Shown here piece by piece: positions 54,306-64,000 of a stretch of 64,000 nt of DNA. The stretch is taken from positions 1 through 64,000 of the forward strand of contig MU062035.1 in assembly GCA_013265495.1 (NCBI GenBank). The letters run 5' to 3'. The notes under the pieces are model-generated. The model worked only from the letters and a program-made list of their open reading frames with translations, made no database searches and was not told the origin of the DNA. A program made the position numbers and the translations under genes. Source of the DNA: Vicugna vicugna (taxonomy: Eukaryota). Numbering within the stretch: position 1 is the first letter of the stretch; each line of letters starts with the position of its first letter.

Positions 54306-54824
54306 AAGGCAACTCATTTTCTAAAAATACTATATGGGCCAAATCAAACGTACCTGTGGGCCACATGTGAATCAGAGGGTGTCAGGTAGGGGCCGGTTGT
54401 CCTGCTGGGCTGCCGTTGGGCCCAGCATATGGAAGTAGGGGTGAGGGATGGCTCAGCGTGAATTTGCAGGGACCAACAGCCAGCTGCCAGTCTGGGAACA
54501 CAGGTGGACGGCATCGGCACCAGATGTGCTCCTTGGTGGGGAGGGGGGCTCTGTATAAGACCCTCAGAATTTATATGCAACCCCAGCAAAGTGGGGAGGG
54601 GACCATTGCTGCCACCTGGAAGGATAGGGGCTTGTAAGATAAATTAGGCTGAGTCATGGAAAAATAGTTATGTTTTCTGCCAGCTTGAGTTTGTAGTCCG
54701 AGTCTTTTACCACCTCCGGTGATTTGGGAAATTTAACTACTTCTATGCTGCACATGTGTTTTGAGAACTCTTTTCTTCTTACGTCCCTGCGTACTTGTTA
54801 ATTTCATTTATATGTTATTTGGGT

Positions 54825-55420
54825 TAAAAATCTTCATTTTGAAATAATTAGATTCACAGGAAATTTTTTTTTTAATGTATAGAGAGATCTTGTGTGTCCT
54901 TCACTCAGCCTTCCCCAGTGTAACCTCTTGCATAAACACTGTCCAATAGCATAGCCAGGAAGTTGACATTGGTAGAGTCCACAGAGTTTATTTGGATTTC
55001 ATATTTCACATGTATTCATGTGTGTCTGTGTAATTTTATCACATGTGTCAATATGATCACACGTGATCAATCAAAATCCAGAACTGTATCGTTACTGCAG
55101 ACATCCTTCATGCTACCCCATTGTAGCTACACCCCTCCCTTCATCCTTATCCCCATTGCCAACCCCTGTCAATATTCTTCATCTCTATAATTTGGTTATT
55201 TCAAAAATGTTATATAAATAAAATCATACAGTATGTAACCTTTTGAGATTGGCTCTTTTTACTCAGCATGACTCCCTCCAGCCCCATCCGAGTCATTGCA
55301 TATATTGATCACCTATCCCTTTTGATTGCTGTGTAGTATTCCATGGTATGGATGTACCACAGTTTCACCACTTCTCTATGGAAGGGCATTTAGATTCTTT
55401 CCAGTTTGGGGTTATTCTGA
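54825..55420 (-). mobile_element. L1MC-like 3' fragment
   Basis: ttttgaaataattagattcacagga...aaatcatacagtatgtaacctttgagattggctctttttactcagcat...gtagtattccatggtatggatgtaccacagttt. Confidence 0.75.
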
Positions 55421-55879
55421 ATCCTTTTGTATTTATGAAATTAGTTTAGAAAATGTCAGCCAGGGGCAGCTGTGTTCTGAGTTTGGACAGGGTACCATAT
55501 TTTCTGTCCTGGAACTTTGCACAGCCTTATCCATTTGAAGCCTGCAGAAGCCCTGGGAGGGAGGCAGGGCAGAGATTCATTTAGTCAACACAATTTTCTT
55601 GAGCACTTACTATATGCCATGTACTAGTCTAGATATTGGAGTTACAGCAGCAAACGAAACCAGCTAAAATCCTCTCCTCATTCATTATCCCCAATGCACA
55701 TATGGGAAAACTGTGACTTGCTAATGGCCACACAGATAAGAAGTGAGAACTGGGACTTGAACCCAGGTCTTCTAACTTCCAGGCCACTGCTTTTCTGATT
55801 ATATTATTCTGTCTCTCTCATTGACATCAATATCAAAGCAAAAAGCACACGCTGGGGGTCATGTGTGTGATGTTTTAAG

Positions 55880-56075
55880 CAGCGGTTTTTATCTGGGGGT
55901 GACACCCCCCCAATGTCTGGAGTCACTTTTGGTTGTTACAACTTGAGAGGGTGTTGCTACCAGCATCTAGTAGGTAGAGTCCCAGGGAAATGGCTCAACT
56001 TCCTATAATACACAGTCCCCACAGCAACGAACTATCCTGCCCAAATGTGAATAGCGCTAAGGTTGCGAAACTCTG
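55880..56075 (+). mobile_element. MER20 with degenerate 8-bp TSD
   Basis: cagcggtttttatctgggggtgac...caatgtctggagtcacttttggttgttacaac...ccaaatgtgaatagcgctaaggttgcgaaactctg; flanks gttttaag / gtctaaag. Confidence 0.8.
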
Positions 56076-57579
56076 GTCTAAAGAGCCGTAAGAGTCACAG
56101 ACAAACACCTCTCCTGACAACGTGGTGTCATATTGAACCTGCACCCAAGTAGGCACAATTATGTACTTGACAGGTGTGGTCAGAGCAGGTACATCGTCTG
56201 GAGGCTGATGGAGTGTCCTTATGATGTAGGTACAGAGAACCATCACCTCCGCTACATCAATACTGGGAGGCTTTTCTGCTGGAGGTGAGGGTGCAGGGAT
56301 GGCTTAAATGGTAGAAGACAGAGACTGGTGGACTGCCTGAAAGAAGATGCAGAAAGAGGAGGAGGATTGTTCCTCTGCTCCACGCTCTGCCTCCTCTGTT
56401 TCTCTTGAAGAACCATGTTAACCTCCTTTTTCTATAGAAATGCACAAGAGAGCAGAGCTGAACACACATGGCTCTTAGAGGGAGAGCAGGGGAACAGAAG
56501 GTCCATACATGACGTGGGCAAGAAACACAACTTCAGTTTTCCAAATGAGACTTAATTTCTACCTCATTTTGAGGTGGAAGAAACTTAATCATAATTAATC
56601 AGAGTCTCCCTACCTCTTGTTCTGTGTTGTGTGTCTGTTTCTTATTTGGGAAGAAAAGAGCCAGACCTGGGCAGGGGGCTTGCTCTCCTCTGCACCTGCT
56701 GGGATGGTCTAATTTCTGCCTTAGAGATGGCAGGTGTGCCCTCCTAGGCCTCCTGGAAGCCCTCTTTATGCCCAGCTTCTCACTCTTCTCTCAAATTCTT
56801 CTGCCCTCTCAGGCACACGGGAGACATGGGCAGGTCCTGCCAAACCCTGGCAAGGATGTCTCGGCCCCTATGGGAATGACTCCACATGACCATCCCTGCC
56901 CCTCCCGTGCCATGCTGGGTGAGCGGCAGACAGCCTCCCGGGCTCGCCGCCAATCCAGACGCCCTCACGAAGCCAGCACGGGGCCGCTGCTTTGGCTACC
57001 ACTCGCCTCTCTGGAGACCCACGTCATCACAACTCTTCCTCTCCCCTCTGCCCTCCTGCCAGCCCCCAGCTCGGGGAAACTTGACCGGATCTGGGCTGGG
57101 GGAAATGGCTCTCAGAGCTCAGGCTCCACACCGTTTGTTAATATCATAGACATTATGCCCAGAGGTCCTCAGGGCTTCCACTTTTGAAACTCAAAGCTCA
57201 TGTTCCCGCCGTCCAAAGTCTTGGTTCTTGAAATTCAAAAGTGTTATCCCTACATTTCTGCTGAATCAAGTTTCCCCCAAAGTAAGAAGGGCCATGATCT
57301 CGAAAGAGCAAAAGGGAGAAAAACAACTTTCATCAATGTCACTAAATATTAGCCCAAGACAGCAGCGTGTGTGGAATAAATGGGCAACCAGGACTGTAGA
57401 AGGTGCAGAAGACATGGCTGTGCTCCTCCTGCTGGCCCCTGTCAGTCAGGGGAAGCTGAATCCCCGTCCCCAGGTTTCTCTCTCACCCTCCAAACCGGGA
57501 TCAAGGACTCCCTAAGGGTGTGTCACAAACACCACTTACACAAGACCCAGGATACAGAAGCATAGGCCCCAGGCACACT

Positions 57580-57780
57580 GGGGTCCTGGGCAGACCCGCC
57601 ACTTACCAGCTAAGTGAACTTGATCAGGTCACTTAACCCCTCTGTGTCTCCGTTTCCTCATCTGTCAAATGGGAGCACTGCAGTACCTTCTCCATGTGGT
57701 TATGAGGATGATTAAATGAGACAGTACTTGTCAGGTGTGTGGAAGAACACCTGGCACGTATCAGTGCTGCAGGAATGGTG
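57580..57780 (+). mobile_element. MIR SINE
   Basis: ccacttaccagctaagtgaacttgatcaggtcacttaacccctctgtgtctccgtttcctcatctgtcaaatggg. Confidence 0.8.
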
Positions 57781-59329
57781 GCTGCCGGTGTTACTTACTT
57801 CTCCTAGAGGTGAATGGGTTTCCCTGAAATCCAAGTCACGCAGGGCCCCTGTGTTTGCTGCTGGTGGTTTTGATGCACTAAGTTAACTGGGAGAGGATCG
57901 GGGCGTCTGTGCTTGACCTCTGGCCCTGCTTCCTGGCTGCTTGCCAAAGTTTCAAGGGGATTCTCTTAAGGTCCTTTTGTTGCAAGAAATGGAAACTCAT
58001 CGGACTAGTTTAAGGGAAAAGGAAAGGCAGGAATACTGCAAAACAGAAATTCTGCTCAGCAGTAAGAGCTGGAGGGCCAGGAGCAATCCAGGCAGCATCT
58101 CTCTCCCACTCCCTGCAGAGGGCTTTCCTGCTCTGACGTGCGCCAGCCCCACATGGAGCCCTCCCTGTACTGCCGTGCTTGCTTTCGCGTGGGGCTACCA
58201 ACAGCCACTGGCCTCTTCTTCCTGTTGGCAGAGCCTCTATTTGGTTCAGCACCAATCCCAAGTGACTCCAGGTGAATCCTGAGAGTCTCCACCAGTCTTG
58301 ATGATCCCCGCTGAATGGGTTTAGGAGTAGGCTTGTGACCCAGTTCCAGGAAGGGAGACATCAAGGAAGTTTGCTGGGCGCTTCTGGGAAAGGTTTCATC
58401 ATTGATAGGAAAGGGACCCAAAGGAAGAGACAGTGACAGAGCAGGGAGCCTGAGGGAGCGTGAGTAAGGAGGCTGAACAAATCAGAAGGGCCCACCCAAT
58501 TATGAAGTCCCTGTGAATCCTTGCCAGGGAGTCTGGACTTGACGCTGAGGGCTATGGGGAAGCATTGCTCAGACCTGTGTTTCAAACTGCCAACCTTTCA
58601 ACTGGGAGAATGGATTTAAGGGGGAGAGCTTGGGAGCAGGACCCCAGTTAGAAAGTAGCTGGATGAACTGAGTGATCTTGAGACCTAGAGGAAGGTTCTA
58701 CAGTATGGGGCACAAAGGAGCATAGGGCCGTAAGTGGGTAGGACCGCTGGTTCTCTGTGCCCAGGGGTCCCAAGGACCTGTACCCTAAAGCCACGATGTC
58801 CTCATCAGCTCCCTTCTGGGCCATTTGATCTGTGTACACAGGCCCCATTACATCGGTAACTCAGGTAAAGATGTATTTCTTGAATGAAAAAATTTTAGGA
58901 AATGGGATGAAATTGTTTTATTTAAACGAATGTTCCAACCAATTTCGCCTTGCACTCCATGAGCACAATTTCTCACTCTGTAGACCTGATTCAGCCTTCC
59001 AAGAGGTTGGGCCAGTACGTCATGAATGATGCCTATATGCAAGACGCATCCTTTCCCGGTGGGTGACTAATGTGAACCACTCCAGGTGAAGGCCAGGTTA
59101 CAAGTACAAGGACATGATTTACTGCTGACTTTGGCAAGAGTCACAGGATAGAGACATCGCTCAGATCCTCAGAGTTTAGAAATGAGTAAAGAGTCGGTGG
59201 AAGAGGGCATCACCCACTCAGAACTGAGCAAAGGAAGAGTGGCAGATGGGGGAAAACCACAGCAAGAAAGGGAAGACACAGAGGCCGAAAAAGGAGGGTA
59301 TGCTTCTGGTGGACCATACAGCTGGTTCT

Positions 59330-59800
59330 TGGCCCCCCTATTTTTTCCAAGTTTTATTATTAATTTAATACATTCTTGTTAAAAAAACAATAATTACCTG
59401 CCCCATCACACACACACACACACACACACCCCTCTTCTCAATTTCTAAGGGTAACTATGGTTTGGTTTGGTTTGGTCCCTCCCTCACATTTTCTATGCAT
59501 AATCAAATATATATGTGTCTATGTTTGTTTTAAAAACCATTTGTGTGGCATCATAATGCTTGGTCTCTGGCTCTTCTCAGTTAATAATACACCCTGGATA
59601 TTCATCCCTGTCAGTTAACTCTAGTGCCTTCTTTCTTCGTGACTGCATAGTATTCCAGTAAGAGCCAGCACCATAATTAATTTAGCATATCTCCTCTTAG
59701 TGGCATTTAGATTGGTAACAGTTTTCACTTTTATCAATAATCCACAATGGAAATCCTGGGACACATCTTCTTGAGCACACATGTGAGTTCTGCAAGATGA
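59330..59800 (-). mobile_element. Old L1ME-like fragment containing a (CA)n tract (about 59408-59428)
   Basis: gactgcatagtattccagta...cataattaatttagcatatctcct...tggcatttagattggtaacagttttcac. Confidence 0.55.
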
Positions 59801-60039
59801 TATCTTCTTCCAAGTGGATTTTTCAGCCTTACTTTATAACAGATTGAGGTCTAGTCATTGACCAAAGACAGTTTAATGTTTAAATTAGTTACTTGCCCAC
59901 CCAGGTAGAGCAAATAAAAATGTATGTCAGAAGATGCTCAGAACAGTGTCCAATCCTCTTAGAAAGCACACTTTCAGAGCTGGACAAGCGAATGCCCCAA
60001 ACGGCTCATGTTCAGGTATCACTGGACCATTTATAAGGC

Positions 60040-60200
60040 ACTTTTTCACATTCTGGTTCACCTGATCCTTGTATTAGTCCTGCAAAATACATATTAGTGG
60101 CATCATTCATTTTACAGATGAAGAAACTGAGGCTCAGAGAAGATGAGATATTAGCTCAAGGTCACACAGCTCATAAGTGGCAGAGGATTCAGAAACCAAA
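60040..60200 (-). mobile_element. MIR SINE
   Basis: cattttacagatgaagaaactgaggctcagagaag...ctcaaggtcacacagct. Confidence 0.8.
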
Positions 60201-60347
60201 GACAGATGTGATGAAATCCTGCCTTCTTTCTAAATTCTATGATGTAGGTTGTATCATGGTACCTCTTATGAGAAGAGCTTTATAGCGAATAGTTATCCGA
60301 AAATGTGGGTGAAATAAACATCTGCCAGCATGGCTGAGTTTGTAGAG

Positions 60348-60824
60348 TGTATTAGTTCCCTATTGCTGCTGTAATAAATTACCACAAACTTTACAGCTTG
60401 GAACAACACAAATTTATTACCTGACAGTTATAGAGGTCAGAAGTCCAACATTGGTGTCACTAGGCTAAAATTTAGGTGTCAGCAGAGCTGTGCTCTTGCT
60501 CAAGGGCCTAGGGGAGAATCCAGCCCTGACCTTTTCCGGCTTCTAGAGGCTGCCACATTGGCTCATGGCCCTCTCCAACAATTGCATTACTCTGATCTCT
60601 GTTTTCAGCGTTACATCCCCTCTGACTCCAACCCTTGCCTAGTTCATAAAAACCCTTGTGATCACATTAGGTCCACCAGGATAATTCAAAATAATCTCCC
60701 CACCTGAAGACCTTTAACTCCATCACATCTGCAAAGTCCCTTTTGCCATGTAAGATAACACATTCACAAGTTCTGGAGATCAGGATGTGAACATCTTTGG
60801 GTGGCCATGATTTTGCCTATCACA
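60348..60824 (-). mobile_element. MLT1B/C-like MaLR solo LTR
   Basis: tgtattagttccctattgctgctgtaataaattaccacaaac...catcacatctgcaaagtcccttttgccatgtaag...tttgcctatcaca. Confidence 0.85.
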
Positions 60825-62719
60825 TGGGGTTCCTAGCATAGTGGTTAAGAGCAAGGATATACCTTGGTTCAATTCCTGGCTCTACCACTTACTCATGGAT
60901 CCAGGTATGTAACTTTTCTGAATCTTAGCCTCACTTGAAAAACAGCAATAACAGAATTTTCCTACTAAGGCTTTTGTGATGATTAAATAACACAATGTTT
61001 GCATAGCACTTGAAACATAGGGCTCAGTAAATGGTAACTATCATCTTCCCCACTGCCTATTATGGTAACAGGTAACAGAAATTCCACCATTCAAGATTTA
61101 TTTCTTTGGCTTTTTCCCAAAGGACACATCTCAGGCCCTTGTCAGCTGATACTCAGTGGGATAAGGTGGCAGTTGAATTAAGTCAGGCTCCTCAGTAGGA
61201 CATAGGGAACCTGGGAAGATTCAGAGAAACTAGCCACGTAGAAGGAGAGGGCTCGAACGGGAGGATGACAAGGAGAAACATGCTTCCTTTGCCAGCTTCT
61301 TGGTTTTGCCTGTGGCTCAGCTTTGAGAATTTCTCCAGCCTCTCCCCAGATTAGCCAGGGTGAGCCTGCCTGAAAGGAACACTCTGAAGATGATTTTCTC
61401 AGATAGAAGAGACCTGCCTAGCTGGGTGTGCAGCAGAGCAGGGTGGATCTGGAGTCTGATCCTGGCATGGAAAAGCACTGAGGCCCTTTGCCTCTGGGTA
61501 GGAGCTGGAGCAGCAGTCTGAAATGATCATCCCCAGTCTAGGCCTCTCCAAAGCTGGTCTCGCAGAGTGAAATGAAAACCAGATTCCTGGTCTTATCTGA
61601 GAGCTACGTGACTGTTTCCCATCACTCCTCTGGAGCCTGGAATATTCCCAAATTCACTGTCTAAACTTGGCAGTGGATACACTCAGCTCTCAAGTAGGAG
61701 ACTGTTGTCACAGGTCCCTTCCACACAGAAGTTCTCCCCATTTGCTAAAACAATGTTGTGATTTGAGGCTTTCATTCATCCAACAGACATTTATCAAGCA
61801 CCTGCAGGGGGCCAGGCAAAGGGCATGCGGGCAAAGGGGTCCCTGTCCTCAGGAGAGCAGGAGGCAGACTTTTAAAGATTTACATCATTCTGCAGAGAGG
61901 GCGACAATGGCGACTTCTTCCTGAGTGACAGACAGGAGACGCAGGGGAAGTTTGTCTCCGGGTAGAGAGCACATACAGACTGACAAGGGATTTTTCTATA
62001 GTAGGGAGAGCACAGGCCCTGGAGTGGACCAGTGTGGGCTGAGTTCCTGATACTTCTCAGCCATGTGACTTTGGGCACATGACCTCCCCCCTCCCCCCAG
62101 AAGCTTCAGCTTTCTCTTCTATAAAGGAGACATAACCAATAACCATTTCCAGGGTTGTTATGAGGGTTACATGAGATGGTGCGAGGGAAGTGGCTAGTAA
62201 CCTGGTGCTTGGTCCACAGTAAGGATGTGAAGGTACCAGTTATTGTTATGCTTATGGTGATTCATTACTGTTTCCCCAAATGCCTTTCCTACCCCCAAAA
62301 TCACAAGACAGCCCCAAATTGACCTCTCTGTAGACACCAGGGTCCTGTTGAACCGTTACCGTGCGTATTAAGAAGCAACAATGGGAAAAATATCCACGTG
62401 TGTCCACTCTGTAGGCATCCACACATGGGGACCATGAAGTCCGAAGTCTGGAAGTGAACTTGACTGCAATTACCACCAAGGTGTCTATTTTCCATCCCGC
62501 ACAGGGCAGATTCCCAGTAGGAGGCGCCTTCTGTCCTCAGCTAGATTCTCTGACAACAGCCAGCTGCCTATCAGCTTTTTTCTTGGGATATGAACTTCAA
62601 AGTGCTGGACAGTCACCGGAGAAGGGGACCCCAGCCAGATCTCTCTTGGAATTCAAAACAAGCTAAGTTTGAGAGAGGAGGCGGTCCACCTTCTCTCTCT
62701 GTGCTTTAGAATCAGGTTG

Positions 62720-64000
62720 AGACCAACCAACCCATCCGAGTCCTGGGTCCTAGCGGCACGGTTCCAGGGCAAAGCTCCGGGCACCGGGAAGAGGCAGAGC
62801 AGCAGGTAAGAGGCGTCCTCCCGAGCTGTGGTTCACCCTCCACCGAACCAGGCCTCGGGCAGCAGCTTCGGGCTCTAAGCAGAGGCGGGCCACTCGCCTG
62901 CCACCTGGTTGGCGGGACACCAACCTGTGCTTCCCTTGGGCGAGTTCTCTACAAAGCTGGGAACCGGCCCCCAGCAGGGGAAGCTCCCGAGCCAGGGCGC
63001 CCTCATTCTGTGCGCGGGCGAAGGCACCTGGAATGGACTCCACCCCGACCAAGGCCCAGGGGTGCGACCTGGAGGGCGCCCAGGGGACCCGGAAGGGGGT
63101 GAGGAGCCGTGTTGAGGGCCTCAGCTGACTCCCTTTTCAAAAACTCGCTTCCTCCTTTCCTACCTCCGCCCATCAGTCACCTCGCAGGGCACCAGCCCTG
63201 GGAGGTGCAGGCGGGCCCCAGCGCCCTGAACCCGCCCCAGGGTAGAGAGGGAGGCGGCGGTCTCCCCAGAAAGGGGAGGAGAGGAGGCCGGTGCACCTCG
63301 TGTCCAGGTGAGTGCCGGACCCAGTAAAGGCGCGGTGGGCGGGCCCGCGGAGCTGTGCCTCCGCACTCGCGCGGGGTCTAGCACCGAGAAGGGTCTCGCC
63401 GCTCTGCTTAACCCTTAATTACCCAGACTAGCGACAGAGACACCTCTCCGCACCCCATCCCTACACAGCCAATTCCGCGGACCCGGGTGGGGAGGGGTCA
63501 GGGCCCTTTTCCCTCCTCTCATCCTGGTTTAGCCAACTCCCGGCGGCCTGGGTCGGGGAGGACTTGAGCCAGCGCCTCCAGCCCGCACTTCCCCAGCCTA
63601 CGCCAGGGAGTGGGTGCCCGCCCTCCGCAGCTGGGGCCCCGCGCCCCAGGGCGGCGCGGAAGGCCGGCGTGGGGGGTAGGCGGTAGGGTCGACTGGTGGG
63701 CGGTGCCTCTCGGGGCCTGAGGCCGCTCCGGGCCGGCACCGCCCCGCGCCTCTCGCGGTCCCTCCCTCCCGCACGCCGGCGCTCCGCGGCCGCGCTTCCT
63801 GCGTCCCCATCCCGGTTCGAGAGCGGGCGGCGCGCTCTCCGCCACCGCGCTTCCTCGACTGAGACTCTCCCGAGCCCCCAGCTCCGGGATCGCGGCACCA
63901 GAAGGAGACGGCTGGGGGGCGGGCCGGGGCCGAGGAGCCCCCGGCTGCCCAGCTGGGACCGAGCAGGACCCGCTGCCGCCCCGGTGAGTCTGCGCCTTCC
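62720..64000 (+). promoter_or_regulatory. TMEM51: CpG-island promoter with non-coding first exon(s), by synteny probably TMEM51
   Basis: Very high GC and CpG density; GC boxes (CCCGCCCC 63231-63238, GGGCGG 63918-63923); consensus donors CAG|GTAAGA (62805), CAG|GTGAGT (63307), CCG|GTGAGT (63983). The gene name rests only on recalled human synteny (KAZN then TMEM51); no coding sequence is in the window. Confidence 0.6.

Noticed and set aside
5328-54656. Scattered AP-1 sites (TGAGTCA/TGACTCA), about nine noticed
   Set aside because: About eight are expected by chance in 64 kb at uniform base composition, so there is no enrichment.
55995-56246. 83-aa minus-strand ORF that looks superficially protein-like
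   Set aside because: Partly overlaps a MER20 element, is short, and matches no family I recognise.
63461-63898. Arg/Gly/Pro-rich ORFs in the terminal CpG island
   Set aside because: Stop-poor GC-rich sequence; the composition is expected for CpG-island shadows.
1-64000. CRISPR arrays, rRNA, snRNA, operon-like or prokaryotic systems
   Set aside because: None seen. The DNA is a spliced mammalian locus; the GTG/TTG starts in the ORF track are not meaningful here.

Overview
Mammalian (eutherian) genomic DNA, most likely a camelid (alpaca/camel), judged from two antisense tRNA-Ala-derived SINEs of the Vic-1 type and the absence of Alu, B1 or Bov-tA elements. The + strand carries the last seven coding exons of KAZN (kazrin, long SAM-domain 'isoform E' type). 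These correspond to exons 9-15 in the human numbering as I recall it: 19564-19769, 20225-20343, 27637-27868, 29364-29465, 29912-30078, 32363-32477 and 34228-34392. All six introns between them are GT-AG, and the exons splice into one open frame with three tandem SAM domains ending ...LEVTNV*. A 3'UTR of about 3.4 kb ends near AATAAA at 37785. Bases 1-19563 are intronic and begin with a probable internal poly(A) site of the short kazrin isoform. Bases 38-62.6 kb are repeat-rich intergenic DNA (MIR, L2, L1M, MaLR LTRs, hAT/Tigger fossils, four N gaps in the window overall). The window ends in a CpG island with three strong splice donors, by synteny probably the TMEM51 promoter and alternative first exons. 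I found no new protein-coding or RNA-gene system; nearly all other ORFs in the track are GC or low-complexity shadows. The best leads are regulatory: a 459-nt AG-free pyrimidine tract plus a YCAY cluster around frame-shifting exon 11, an orphan non-coding exon/CCAAT element at 52.9 kb, two strong CTCF motifs, an intragenic CpG island, and a C-terminal PDZ-ligand motif. Repeat boundaries and subfamily names are recognised by eye from remembered consensus sequences and are approximate.
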